A stretch of 64,000 nt of DNA from Candidatus Omnitrophota bacterium (GCA_015233145.1 JADFYI010000006.1:4514-68513), one strand, 5' to 3'; shown: positions 26,193 through 36,503, numbered from the stretch's first letter. Translations and numbers: made by a program. Notes: generated by a model not told the origin, from the sequence alone.

Positions 26193-27118
26193 ATCTTCCT
26201 TAATTTCTTATCCAAAACATCAATAACATCTTTAATGGAAATATCTGACATGGTTCTGCCTTTGTAAAGAGCCTCACTGCCCTCACTCCAGGGGCCGTAA
26301 ACCAACGGGTCTGTTGGACCAAAAAGCGCGATCGTCGGGATGCCCAGATAACTGGCCAGATGCATGACTCCGCTGTCATTGGTGACAGCCAAAGACGCCT
26401 CGCGGATAATACAACACAGTTCTGTCAATGTCGTCAGCCCGCAGGCATTAATAACACCGGCGGGGCTGTTTTTCACAATACGCTCCACAACCTGACGGTC
26501 CTTGTCATCTCCCACAATCACAACGCTCTTGCCATAGGCGCTCACAACATGCCTGATCGCCCGGGCAAACCCTTCCTCACTCCAGCGTTTTCTGTTATCA
26601 GCAGCTCCCGGCGAAAAAAGGACATACCCTTTTTTTCCGCAGATACTTTTTTGAGCGCCCATTTGGTCTTCCGAAGAAAGAAAAAGGGAATATTTCTCCC
26701 TGGAAGAAATTTTTCCACTCAAAACCGACTCAAGACGTTTTAAATGTTTTTCCCTGCTATGACCATGCGGGGGGAAAATATCAGGCCATGTGATATAGCG
26801 CGCATGGAGTAAAAAAGGAAGCATGGAATTCCTCAAATCCACAATCACATCAAAACGCTGACGCCTTAATTTCAAAAACCACTGCCATTTTTCCTGCAAC
26901 GAAGCCGCCTTGTCCAAAAGAATCACTTGCGCGATAGAAGGATTATTTGTTAAAAGGCTCTTGCCCTTGGGCCCGACAATGATATGAAGCTCGGCCGCTG
27001 GAAAAGCCTCTTTAAGGCTGTCAATGACGGGAAACGTCAAGACAACATCTCCGATATTGCTTAAAGACACAACAAGGATTTTCTTAACCCTGGATTTCGG
27101 CGATAGCCTGAAGAACAT
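26189..27118 (-). CDS. glycosyltransferase family 9 (LPS heptosyltransferase-like)
   Basis: Motifs ILVVSLSNIGDVVLTFPVIDSL and NDSGVMHLASYLGIPTIALFGPT are present. Confidence 0.85.
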   Translation of the reverse strand: MFFRLSPKSRVKKILVVSLSNIGDVVLTFPVIDSLKEAFPAAELHIIVGPKGKSLLTNNPSIAQVILLDKAASLQEKWQWFLKLRRQRFDVIVDLRNSMLPFLLHARYITWPDIFPPHGHSREKHLKRLESVLSGKISSREKYSLFLSSEDQMGAQKSICGKKGYVLFSPGAADNRKRWSEEGFARAIRHVVSAYGKSVVIVGDDKDRQVVERIVKNSPAGVINACGLTTLTELCCIIREASLAVTNDSGVMHLASYLGIPTIALFGPTDPLVYGPWSEGSEALYKGRTMSDISIKDVIDVLDKKLRKI

Positions 27119-28100
27119 CTCCCACCTTGATCGCTTTCATGCATTTATTGTCCGAGCACTCCAGATAATAACAGGGCGCTCTATTGCACCCCACATCCTT
27201 AAAAATCACTTTGCATGCCCCCTGCCCGCGCGGCCCGGTAATCTCCGGACGCGTGGGCCCAAAAAGCGCCACAACACCCACACCCAACGCATTGGCCAGG
27301 TGCAAAGGCCCGGTATCCGCGGTCACCAGAAGGTCACAGCATTTTAAAAGCCCTGAAAGGCAGCTGATGCCCGTATCTCCCGCTGTGATGATAGGATTGA
27401 CCTTGGAAAGCGCTGCTATTTTTTTCACACGCTCAACATCTTTTTCAGCCCCCGGCAAAACAACTTTCCCTATTTTTCGGTTTTCAATTTCGCGAACAAG
27501 TTCAGCAAAACATTCCACAGGCCACTGTTTTAAATTCCAGTTCCCTCCAGTATTAACCGCAATCAGCCTGTCACCCGGGGAAACTCCCATGGCCAGAAGC
27601 CTTGCCCGCCAGCCGGAAACAATATCAGGCCTCGCTTCAAGAAAACTCCTTCGATCCGTAACCTTAACCCCGAAACTTTCAACAACCCGAAGGTAGACAT
27701 CTGACCGATGGATCGCATTAACGCCTGTGTCATGAACAACATGAGTCAAAAGCCCCTGCCACCCTTTGCCGGCAAAGCCGACCCTGACAGGGATCCCGGC
27801 GAGGTAACATAAAAAAGTCCGGGATAAGGAACGCCGGAGGATAAACACTGCATCAAAGCCCCTGCTCCTTAATTTTCCCGCCAGCGCCATTTTATTCAAA
27901 AGCGGACGGTCAAAGCCATCCTCATCATACACAATGACTTCATCAACATGAGGGTTAAGGGCCATCACATCCTTCACTCTCGGCACGCATAAAACCGAAA
28001 TTTTGGCCTGCGGAAAATTTTCTTTTAACGCGCGAAACACCGGCGTTGAAAAAACCGCGTCACCCAGCCAATTAACGCTGATAACAAGGATATTTTTCAT
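27084..28100 (-). CDS. glycosyltransferase family 9 (WaaF/RfaF-like heptosyltransferase)
   Basis: Motifs ILVISVNWLGDAVFSTPVFRAL and ADTGPLHLANALGVGVVALFGPT are present. The C-terminus is Cys-rich (CNRAPCYYLECSDNKC). Confidence 0.85.
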   Translation of the reverse strand: MKNILVISVNWLGDAVFSTPVFRALKENFPQAKISVLCVPRVKDVMALNPHVDEVIVYDEDGFDRPLLNKMALAGKLRSRGFDAVFILRRSLSRTFLCYLAGIPVRVGFAGKGWQGLLTHVVHDTGVNAIHRSDVYLRVVESFGVKVTDRRSFLEARPDIVSGWRARLLAMGVSPGDRLIAVNTGGNWNLKQWPVECFAELVREIENRKIGKVVLPGAEKDVERVKKIAALSKVNPIITAGDTGISCLSGLLKCCDLLVTADTGPLHLANALGVGVVALFGPTRPEITGPRGQGACKVIFKDVGCNRAPCYYLECSDNKCMKAIKVGDVLQAIAEIQG

Positions 28101-29212
28101 AACTTCTTAGGCCCGCAGGATTGAATAACGTCCTCATACACCCCCAAAGTCCCTGCCACCATATGCTCAACAGAATAATGCTCTGTGATAAACGCACGCG
28201 CCCGGGCTCCCATTTCTTTGGCCTTCACAGGGTCTTTTAAAACTTTGATAATCGCCTCGGCCAAGGCCCCGACATCTTCGGAAGCGACAAGATACCCTGT
28301 TTCTCCTTCCTGGACAATATCGCAAAGCCCTCCCACAGCGCTCACCACAACCGGCAAACCCGAAGACTGGGCCTCCATCACCGACAGCCCAAGCCCCTCG
28401 GAAATGGAGGGCATCACAAAAATATCCAGAAGCCCGAGAAGCTCCTGGGTCTTGTGGCTCACTGGATAAAAAAAGACAGCGTCATCCACTTTTTTGGCCG
28501 CACTCAGGGCTTTGAGCACTTTTTCCTGCGGCCCCTCTCCAAAAATGAGGCACTTGACATCGGGAAAAGATTTCTTGACCTCAGCCATGGCCTCAATGAG
28601 AAATACATGGCCCTTGACATCCGAAAGGCGGGCAATAATCCCGACTACAGGCTCACGCCCGATTTTCCAGCGTTCACGCAATTGATAACGGGCCTCAATG
28701 GGAAAAGGCTTAAAAACCTGATTGTCAATGCCATTAGGAACAAGAGCCACGTTTTTTTCCTTGAGGCCGAAATCCTTAAGAAGATGGATCCTCACCGCAG
28801 GGCTAATCGCAATGGCTTTTCGCCCCCATAACGGCAGAATTCTGCGGCCAAAATGAGGAGAAAAATAGCCATGGCAGGTCGTGACATAGGGACGCCCTGT
28901 CAAATGGGACGCGAGCGCGGCCAGCATGGAAGTGGCACGGGTATGCGCGTGAATAATGTCAATCTTTTCCTCGCGAATATGCCGGCAGAGTTTGGGAAGC
29001 TGTGACAGAAGCCTGGGATGGAACTCGAATTTAAAACGCACATTAAGCGGGAAATACTTTGCCCCTGTCTTTTTAATCTCCGGCACAAGGTCTCCACCGG
29101 AGGAAACGATAAAGACCTCCGCCCCCTTCCCTTTAAGCCCGCGCGCAAGGGTGAGCGTATAACTCGTAATCCCCCCTGCGTTCATATGGCCGGACATCAA
29201 AAGAATTTTCAT
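28097..29212 (-). CDS. glycosyltransferase family 4 (GT-B, group 1)
   Basis: The N-terminus is GGITSYTLTLARGL and the E-x7-E region is SEGLGLSVMEAQSSGLPVV. Confidence 0.85.
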   Translation of the reverse strand: MKILLMSGHMNAGGITSYTLTLARGLKGKGAEVFIVSSGGDLVPEIKKTGAKYFPLNVRFKFEFHPRLLSQLPKLCRHIREEKIDIIHAHTRATSMLAALASHLTGRPYVTTCHGYFSPHFGRRILPLWGRKAIAISPAVRIHLLKDFGLKEKNVALVPNGIDNQVFKPFPIEARYQLRERWKIGREPVVGIIARLSDVKGHVFLIEAMAEVKKSFPDVKCLIFGEGPQEKVLKALSAAKKVDDAVFFYPVSHKTQELLGLLDIFVMPSISEGLGLSVMEAQSSGLPVVVSAVGGLCDIVQEGETGYLVASEDVGALAEAIIKVLKDPVKAKEMGARARAFITEHYSVEHMVAGTLGVYEDVIQSCGPKKL

Positions 29213-31308
29213 CCCGGCCCCCCAAGGATACGCTTAATCTCCTGAAAAACTTCATTGGCCGATATCTCTTTCATGCAGCCATGATTGCGGCATTCGGTCT
29301 TATAACAGGCTGAGCACTTTAAAGGTTTACGGATAATCCTGATATTTTTTCCTGCCGGCGGGGCATGACGCTCGGCGCTGGTAGGCCCGAACAGCGCGAT
29401 AACCGGCACGCCCATGGCCGCGGCCACATGAAGAGGCGCTGAATCGCTTGTGACATAGGCCTTGCAAAAACTGATCAAGGCCGCCAGCTGCAAAATATTT
29501 GTTTTACCGGCAACAACCGCAGGTTTTGATTTGGCAAGCCCCGACAACTGACGGACATACTCACGGTCTTTATCCATGCCAGTGACAACAACGCGAATGC
29601 CCTGGGAGGCCAGCATATCGCATAACTGGGCCACATGAGACATGGGCCAATTCTTTGTGGGCCAACGGTCAGACGCCGCAATATTGATCCCGACCAGCGT
29701 ATGGGCCTTTTCATCAATCCATTCGGAATGTAAAATTTCTCTGGCGTAAGCATAGTCATCTTTGCGCGGCCAGAATTCAAGCCGCACACGGTCGTTATAC
29801 TCAATGCCAAGGCTTTTAAGGACCCGAAACTGATGCTGGACCGGCGACAACCCTGAAACGTCATCAAGAATGCCGTCGCTCAAAAGAAACCCCAGCTTCT
29901 TGTTGCGGTAGCCATAACTCGCGCGGGGCATGCATAAAAACGTCAATAAATGTGTCCGGTTATTATTCTGAAAATCAATCACCTTATCAAAACGGTGATG
30001 TCTTAATTTCTTAAGAATTTTCAAAAACCCCTTAATCCCTTTATGCTTGGCCTTGTAATCATAAACAATCACATCATTAATATACGGGCATCCGCTTAAA
30101 AGTGAGGCGCCTTCACGGCCAACCAGGCACGATATTTTGGCATCCGGAAACCTCTCACGCAAAGCCTTTAAAGAAGCTGTGATCAGAATAATGTCGCCCA
30201 CGGCACTCAACTTCACCACAAGGATATTGGTGGAGGCTTTTAACTCCTCATAAACCTTAATGGTTTTTAACGCCATCTGTTCGAGAGTATAACGCTCCTC
30301 CACACGCCCGCGCGCCTCAACAACCATGGCATCAGTGAGTTTACGGTCGTCCATGATACGCATGACTGCCGCGGCAATCGTGTCAGAATCCTTTGGCAAA
30401 ACCAAAAGGCCGGTTTTTTCATGCTCAACAACATCCACCACCCCTCCCACCTTGGTCGCCACAACCGGAACGCCCACAGCCTGGGCTTCAATAAGCACCC
30501 GGCCAAAGGCTTCCTGTGTCACAGTGGATAAAACCAGGGCATCGGTCTCGCTTAAAAGCTGAGGGATGTCGCTTCGGTTCCCCAAAAACTCGATTTTATC
30601 CGCGATTCCCAGGCGTTTGGCAAGAAGAAGAAGGCTTTCTTTATAGGCAACTTTGTTGGCCGGCGCATCACCGATAACGCGCACCCGGACAAAAGGTTTC
30701 TGACGAAGGAGCTTGGCCATGGCCTTTAAAAAATAACCATGCCCCTTCAAAGGGGTGATCCGCCCGATCATTGAAACCGTAAAACTCGACTGGCCGGGCT
30801 GGCGCTCACGAAAACAAAATTTATCCAAGTCAACACTACGGGGAACCAAACGCACATTCTCAGCCCTGACGCCAAAATGGTCAATCATATGGCGCCCGAT
30901 GACCTCGCTGATAACAATCACAAGTTTTCCCCAGCCCATGACCCGGCTCATAAAATTATCGGAATAATACCCATGGCACGTCGTAAGAAATTCAGCGTCG
31001 GTTTTGCGGACCGCAAAATACGCGATCCACGCCGGAACACGGGAACGCGCATGGACAATGTCAATTTTTTCCTCACGAATAATACGTTCCAGGTCTTTCA
31101 CGCACTGGCCCATCGTAAAAATATCCTTTTTATGAACAGGCAGGGTGTAATGCCTGGAGCCTTGCGCCTCCAAAACAGGGACAAGGGCTCCGCCGTTGGA
31201 AACAACAACAGAATGATGGTTATGTTCCACAAGATAACGGGCCATATCCACTGTCCCCCGTTCAACTCCGCCGACATCCAATTCGGGCAATATCTGAAGA
31301 ATCCTCAT
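29209..31308 (-). CDS. bifunctional fusion: N-terminal GT4 glycosyltransferase and C-terminal GT9 heptosyltransferase-like domain
   Basis: Residues 1-355 carry GGVERGTVDMARYL and EAFGRVLIEAQAVGVPVV. Residues 358-699 carry ILVVKLSAVGDIILITASLKAL, SDSAPLHVAAAMGVPVIALFGPT and CSACYKTECRNHGC. Confidence 0.85.
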   Translation of the reverse strand: MRILQILPELDVGGVERGTVDMARYLVEHNHHSVVVSNGGALVPVLEAQGSRHYTLPVHKKDIFTMGQCVKDLERIIREEKIDIVHARSRVPAWIAYFAVRKTDAEFLTTCHGYYSDNFMSRVMGWGKLVIVISEVIGRHMIDHFGVRAENVRLVPRSVDLDKFCFRERQPGQSSFTVSMIGRITPLKGHGYFLKAMAKLLRQKPFVRVRVIGDAPANKVAYKESLLLLAKRLGIADKIEFLGNRSDIPQLLSETDALVLSTVTQEAFGRVLIEAQAVGVPVVATKVGGVVDVVEHEKTGLLVLPKDSDTIAAAVMRIMDDRKLTDAMVVEARGRVEERYTLEQMALKTIKVYEELKASTNILVVKLSAVGDIILITASLKALRERFPDAKISCLVGREGASLLSGCPYINDVIVYDYKAKHKGIKGFLKILKKLRHHRFDKVIDFQNNNRTHLLTFLCMPRASYGYRNKKLGFLLSDGILDDVSGLSPVQHQFRVLKSLGIEYNDRVRLEFWPRKDDYAYAREILHSEWIDEKAHTLVGINIAASDRWPTKNWPMSHVAQLCDMLASQGIRVVVTGMDKDREYVRQLSGLAKSKPAVVAGKTNILQLAALISFCKAYVTSDSAPLHVAAAMGVPVIALFGPTSAERHAPPAGKNIRIIRKPLKCSACYKTECRNHGCMKEISANEVFQEIKRILGGPG

Positions 31309-33269
31309 CTCACAAGTCCTTCAAGTGCCGCTTTAATCACAGCAGTATCATTAACAGGCTTTATAAAAATTTTTCCTTTTAATACCCCGTCAATGGAAGA
31401 CGCCAAAGAACGGGTATCAGAAAAAACAATGCCGCCCTGGCGGCTCAAATCATCGGCAAAACGCGTGTATTTATTCTCGATCGGTTTTAAATTAGGCCCG
31501 TCGATGGGAAATACCACGGTCTTTTTCCCTGAACAGGCCGCTTCGGAAATCATGGAAATGCTTTCACCCGAAACAACAACCACATCCGAAAGCCCCAGGA
31601 TCCCGCCGACCGCTTCAGGGACATTGGAACGGTTGGCAATGATAAGAAGAGCTGTCCGCTCGTAATCCTTGAATTCCCTGGAAACCAGCTGCTCAACCAT
31701 GGGAGATGTCCTGCGGGACGTTGTCACAAGAATATTCATCTCAAAACGCTGGGCCGCATCCTTGATCTGATTGATCACAACGCGGATCTGCTGTTCGCTC
31801 ATCACAAGCCCCTTGGTGTCGCCCCCCAGAAGAAAACCGATTTTAGGCCGTAAATTTGATTTAAGATGGGAAAACCTGTTCTCGAGCGCCTTCACGTTAT
31901 CGTCAAGATAGGTTTTATCAATCAGATTCAAAGCCGCCTTGACCTCGACAACACAGGAAGGAACTTTTTTATTTTTGATATCATGACGGGGCAAAATCAC
32001 CCGCGAAAAATGTTTGAGCGGCACAAGCCCAGGGCGTAAAATGGCAATATTCGAAGCCCTGTTATCCTGCGCCAGCCAGACGTTCACCGTCGCAGCCCTG
32101 GCCCCGGCAGAAATAACAAAATCCGGTTTCAAACACGCCAGTTTCTCAAAAGAATCCGGAGACAAAAAAGGCTTCAAGAAATAAACGCTCCTGTCGCCTA
32201 ACAAAAATTTCCCGCCGGTAACCAAGCCCAAAAGAAAAGGGAAGAATGAGGAACGAAATTTCAAAGAAACAACTTCCTGCCTGACATTAAACCCTTTGAC
32301 TTTAAGCTCTCCCTCTAAAAGTCGGGCCACGGCCTCGGACTGGCGCAAATGCCCGGTGCGCCCGTCATCCAGAACAACAACCGTGCGTGTTTTGGACAGT
32401 TTCCACGTTTTATAAGACCAGATATATTCATACGGATGCTCGTCAATCCACCGCTCGTAAACCCCGGTCATCCGCTTTAAATTCATCTGAACATCTTTTT
32501 CAACATCCGCACTCCGCGTCAATTCAAAAGGCAACGCTGTCAGGACATGCTTTCCGTGCGGCAAACGATAAATATTAACCAGAAGGATGGCGGCATCGTA
32601 TTTAAGCGCCAGGCGGACCGCTCCCGTGGACATGGAGGCGTCCTCGCCAAAAAAAGGCACGGGGATTCCGTCCTTGCCCCCCTGGTCAACAACCAGTGTG
32701 ACAATTTCATTGGCCTTAAGGCGCTTGATGATTTCCCGCCCACCGATACCGGGATTAATAATATTGCAACCCGCGCTGCGGCGCAAAGAATTCAAAAAAT
32801 CCGCCACACGGTTAATATGCTCAAGGTCATTGGCCACCATGTTATAAGGATGCCCCATCATACTGCCGACAAGATTGGAAAGTTCCCAATTCCCAAAATG
32901 CATGGATAAAAAAATCACTCCTTTGCCCTTCTTGATCGCGACATCAAAATGTTCTTTGCCATGAACAGTGACGTAACGGGCAAAACCCTGTTTTGCAATC
33001 ACAGGGAACCTCGCCAATTCAATAATGCTTTGGCCGTAAACCTGAAAAAATTGCCGTTGAAGGCGCCGTAACTCTGCGGATGACTTCTTTTTCCCGTAAG
33101 CCAGGCGAAGGTTCATAATCACCTTGCGCGACAATTTCTTGTTGACATAAAAAACAAGGTCCCCCAGGCAACTCCCCAAAACCAGGGATGCATCAAGAGG
33201 GATCATCCTTAAAAAAGATGAAAAAATATTAAGAAGAAAGTACGCTATTAATCCTTGAAAAGAGTTCAT
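31305..33269 (-). CDS. fusion: LpxL/HtrB-type lipid A late acyltransferase (N-terminal) and ELM1/DUF1022-like domain (C-terminal)
   Basis: The N-terminal ~290 aa carry the HFGNWE acyltransferase motif. The C-terminal half starts TVVVLDDGRTGHLRQSEAVARLL, which is typical of ELM1-family proteins. Confidence 0.8.
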   Translation of the reverse strand: MNSFQGLIAYFLLNIFSSFLRMIPLDASLVLGSCLGDLVFYVNKKLSRKVIMNLRLAYGKKKSSAELRRLQRQFFQVYGQSIIELARFPVIAKQGFARYVTVHGKEHFDVAIKKGKGVIFLSMHFGNWELSNLVGSMMGHPYNMVANDLEHINRVADFLNSLRRSAGCNIINPGIGGREIIKRLKANEIVTLVVDQGGKDGIPVPFFGEDASMSTGAVRLALKYDAAILLVNIYRLPHGKHVLTALPFELTRSADVEKDVQMNLKRMTGVYERWIDEHPYEYIWSYKTWKLSKTRTVVVLDDGRTGHLRQSEAVARLLEGELKVKGFNVRQEVVSLKFRSSFFPFLLGLVTGGKFLLGDRSVYFLKPFLSPDSFEKLACLKPDFVISAGARAATVNVWLAQDNRASNIAILRPGLVPLKHFSRVILPRHDIKNKKVPSCVVEVKAALNLIDKTYLDDNVKALENRFSHLKSNLRPKIGFLLGGDTKGLVMSEQQIRVVINQIKDAAQRFEMNILVTTSRRTSPMVEQLVSREFKDYERTALLIIANRSNVPEAVGGILGLSDVVVVSGESISMISEAACSGKKTVVFPIDGPNLKPIENKYTRFADDLSRQGGIVFSDTRSLASSIDGVLKGKIFIKPVNDTAVIKAALEGLVR

Positions 33270-34278
33270 TTTCTCCCCTTATTACGTTCACCGCAATATT
33301 CACAACAATAACAGAAACATCCCCGAAAAGATTTTGGAAATTGATCATTTTAACAGCATCCTTATGGGTGGTGGCAATCAACTTTATTTTTTTCTCCCTG
33401 CAGATAGAAACCATCTTTTGAATATCCTCAGGATTATAAACATAATGATCGTTAAAAATCTCCGCGTGCTCAACGGTGGCACCCAGCTTCTCAAGCGACA
33501 TCAAAAAAGGCCGCGGAGCGCCAATGGCAGCACAGGCCAGGACGCGGCCTTTAAGAGGGGAAAAATCCTTAAAAACCTCATTCGTAAAAAGGTTCGAAAG
33601 GCTTACGGGTGTTTGCGTTATTTCCGCAATTGTTGCCTGCGGATTTCTGCGATTAAGTTCCCCGCGCAACGCCGGGAGGTCTTTGGCAATGTCAGCCCTG
33701 GTGATGACAAAAATATGGGCGCGCTCCAAAGCCTCTAAAGGTTCACGTAAAATCCCGGCGGGAAGCAATTGCCCGTTTCCAAAGGGATTCGCGGCATCAA
33801 TCAAAACCACATCAAGGTCCCGCGCCATTTTCCAATGCTGAAAGCCGTCATCCAGAAGAAAAACATCCACGATATGGTCATGGAGCGCTTCCCTCGCCGC
33901 AAGGACACGATCCGGAGACACCACAACCGGAACCTGCGGCAAAACCTGGCGCATCATCATGGCCTCATCACTCAAGGCATCATCGTTATCCATATACCCC
34001 CGCGTCAAAATCACGGGATGCTTCATGCGGTCATATAAATATTTTGCCAAAAAAATCACAAAAGGAGTTTTTCCGACTCCGCCTGCCGTGATATTGCCAA
34101 TACTGATCACAGGCTTGTCGACCTTGACGGATTTCAGAATCCCGGCCTCATAAAGCCAATAAATGACCCTGACTCCTGCGCGGTAAACAAATGATAAAAT
34201 AAAAAGCAACGGACGCATAAGCCCTGCCAAAAGGCTGTTGTTTTCTCCTGTCATAACACTGTAAAGAAAAGTTTTCAT
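33229..34278 (-). CDS. lpxK: tetraacyldisaccharide 4'-kinase
   Basis: The P-loop is ISIGNITAGGVGKTPFV and the motifs LTRGY and LLDDGFQH are present. Confidence 0.9.
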   Translation of the reverse strand: MKTFLYSVMTGENNSLLAGLMRPLLFILSFVYRAGVRVIYWLYEAGILKSVKVDKPVISIGNITAGGVGKTPFVIFLAKYLYDRMKHPVILTRGYMDNDDALSDEAMMMRQVLPQVPVVVSPDRVLAAREALHDHIVDVFLLDDGFQHWKMARDLDVVLIDAANPFGNGQLLPAGILREPLEALERAHIFVITRADIAKDLPALRGELNRRNPQATIAEITQTPVSLSNLFTNEVFKDFSPLKGRVLACAAIGAPRPFLMSLEKLGATVEHAEIFNDHYVYNPEDIQKMVSICREKKIKLIATTHKDAVKMINFQNLFGDVSVIVVNIAVNVIRGENELFSRINSVLSS

Positions 34279-35534
34279 CGTCCCAAAAACTCCTCAATAA
34301 CCTTCAATGTCCGCCCTGTTGCCCCACGGTTTTTCTCGACAACCGCCTGGGCCCTGCGGCCCAAATCATGGCGCAAATCCGCGCTGGCCAAGAAACGCGC
34401 CGCTTCGTTCTCAAAATCGTCTGCGCTTTGAACCATCCCAAGGGCGTTATCTGCTTTGAAAATTTGCACAATATCCCTGAAATTCTCCATATACGGCCCA
34501 ACAATCATAGGCTTGGCAAATAATGCCGGCTCAATAATATTGTGCCCGCCTTTGACCGTCAGACTTTTTCCGACAAAAACCAGGGTTGAAATGGAATAAA
34601 GCTGAACCAACTGTCCCACGGTATCAACCACAAGGACATCTGTGGCTTTTAAGGCCTGGCGCCGTGCGGACAAAAAGACAGGATTCATTCCCCTTTTCCT
34701 GACTATGTCGGCAACATCACGCGCACGCTCCGGATGCCGAGGCGCAATCACCAGACGAAGATCGGAAAATTTTGTTTTTAAATGCTCCATTGCCTTTAAA
34801 ACAATTTCTTCTTCCCCAGGATGCGTGCTTCCGGCAACAAAAATTTTCTGCCCGTCTTCAAACCCAAACCCTGCCGGAGAGGCACTCTGCACTTGAGGAA
34901 TATTGTCGAATTTCACATTCCCCAGCATCCTGACGCGATTGGGGCAGGCGCCGAGCGCAATGATCCTTTGGGCATCAAGCTCGCTCTGCATCACAAACGC
35001 CTTAATATTTGCCAAAAGCCCCTTGAGCGCCCAACGCACCATTTTGTATTTCCCAAAAGCCTCATCGGAAATCCTGCCGTTAACAATCACCCCCGGCACC
35101 TGTTTTCGGGAAAGCACATTGAAAAGGTTCGGCCAAAGCTCGGTTTCCGCCGCAATATAAATCACGGGCTGGATGCATTTTACAAAGGCACGGGCCGTGA
35201 CGCTGAAATCCAGCGGCGACCAGATGACAAGAGCCCCATCCTTATATTTTTTCTCAGCCAGGGCATAACCGGCTTTTGTGGTTACAGACACGACAATCTG
35301 ATGATCCGGATAACGCGACCCAAGCCCTTTGGCCAGGCCCTCTATGGCCACAACCTCACCGACACTCACGGCATGAAGCCAGATGTTTTTCTTTTCAGAA
35401 AGGCGGCGCCTCATGTCTTGCGGAATAAACCCCAGACGGGCTTTAAAGCCATCATGCCATTTACCCTTAAAAACAAGAACAGGCAAATACAACAGGATGT
35501 AAACAGCGAAGAAAATATCGAAAAGAATAGTCAT
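34275..35534 (-). CDS. waaA: 3-deoxy-D-manno-octulosonic acid (Kdo) transferase
   Basis: Motifs WLHAVSVGEV and RLVIAPRHPER are present. The track start at 35597 is TTG. The ATG at 35534 gives the usual hydrophobic N-terminus MTILFDIFFAVYILLYLPVL. Confidence 0.88.
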   Translation of the reverse strand: MTILFDIFFAVYILLYLPVLVFKGKWHDGFKARLGFIPQDMRRRLSEKKNIWLHAVSVGEVVAIEGLAKGLGSRYPDHQIVVSVTTKAGYALAEKKYKDGALVIWSPLDFSVTARAFVKCIQPVIYIAAETELWPNLFNVLSRKQVPGVIVNGRISDEAFGKYKMVRWALKGLLANIKAFVMQSELDAQRIIALGACPNRVRMLGNVKFDNIPQVQSASPAGFGFEDGQKIFVAGSTHPGEEEIVLKAMEHLKTKFSDLRLVIAPRHPERARDVADIVRKRGMNPVFLSARRQALKATDVLVVDTVGQLVQLYSISTLVFVGKSLTVKGGHNIIEPALFAKPMIVGPYMENFRDIVQIFKADNALGMVQSADDFENEAARFLASADLRHDLGRRAQAVVEKNRGATGRTLKVIEEFLGR

Positions 35535-35642
35535 TGTTAAACCATTTTGCGTCCCTTTTTCCCAGGACACTTTTGTTTTGCCTGGTAATTTTGGCAAAAC
35601 ACGTGTCGGGAAAAAGGGACTCGAGCTTAAAAGCTCTTGCTG

Positions 35643-36503
35643 TTAAGCTCTCGGATGTGCTGCGTTATAAATACTCTTTAATTTTTCCGTTGTTAAGTGC
35701 GTATAAATCTGTGTCGTTGACAGATTCACATGCCCTAAAAGCTCCTGAACCGCCCTTAAATCAGCGCCATGGTCCAGCAAATGCGTTGCAAAAGAATGCC
35801 TCAACATATGCGGATGGACCTTCTGGTCCAGGCTGGCGCACGCAATATGTTTGTTGATGATATTGCGGATGCTCCTTGCTGTTAGCCGCCCTCCGGCATG
35901 ATTTAAAAAAAGCGCAGAGGCATTGCTCTTTCTGGCATCCAGATAGGCCTGAATCGCTTCGCACGCCTTATCCCCGATGGGCACAACGCGTTCTTTCTTG
36001 CCCTTGCCGTAAACCTTGACAATATTGCCGATCAAATCCACATCCTCAAGGCTTAACCCCACAAGCTCGCTCACACGGATTCCCGTCGAATATAACGTTT
36101 CAAAAATCGCTTTATCACGCAAATCCACGGCTGTATTTTCGCCAGGGGCCTCCATCAACCTTACGGCGGCCGTCTCTGTCAGAAAATGAGGCAGCACTTT
36201 ATCCAGCTTCGGCGTCATGACCAGCGCCGCAGGATTTTTCTGGACAACGCCTTCCCTTTGCAAAAACCGGAAAAACGACCTCAGGGAAGAAAGCTTCCTC
36301 GAAACGCTGCGGGGCTTGAGCGCCCGCACTTTGAGTTCTGCCAAAAACCTTCTCAAGGTTGGGTAATCGACCGCCTTAACATCATCGTTCCCTAAAAAGG
36401 CAAAGAATTCCTCAAGATCAAGGCGGTAATTCAGCAAAGTATGCTGTGAATAATTTTTTTCGTCTTCCAGGTGACCCAGGAATTTTTGAATATATGAATT
36501 CAT
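35643..36503 (-). CDS. xerC: XerC/XerD-type tyrosine site-specific recombinase (chromosome dimer resolution)
   Basis: The C-terminal catalytic region is HMLRHSFATHLLDHGADLRAVQELLGHVNLSTTQIYTH. The N-terminal SAM-like domain is FLGHLEDEKNYSQHTLLNYRLDLEEF. The gene sits in a housekeeping context next to topA and dprA. Confidence 0.8.
   Translation of the reverse strand: MNSYIQKFLGHLEDEKNYSQHTLLNYRLDLEEFFAFLGNDDVKAVDYPTLRRFLAELKVRALKPRSVSRKLSSLRSFFRFLQREGVVQKNPAALVMTPKLDKVLPHFLTETAAVRLMEAPGENTAVDLRDKAIFETLYSTGIRVSELVGLSLEDVDLIGNIVKVYGKGKKERVVPIGDKACEAIQAYLDARKSNASALFLNHAGGRLTARSIRNIINKHIACASLDQKVHPHMLRHSFATHLLDHGADLRAVQELLGHVNLSTTQIYTHLTTEKLKSIYNAAHPRA

Noticed and set aside
35643-36503. Tyrosine recombinase as a marker of an integrated mobile element.
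   Set aside because: It shows full XerC/XerD-type motifs. It sits in the conserved housekeeping neighbourhood dprA-topA-xerC. I saw no flanking repeats, tRNA target or cargo genes.
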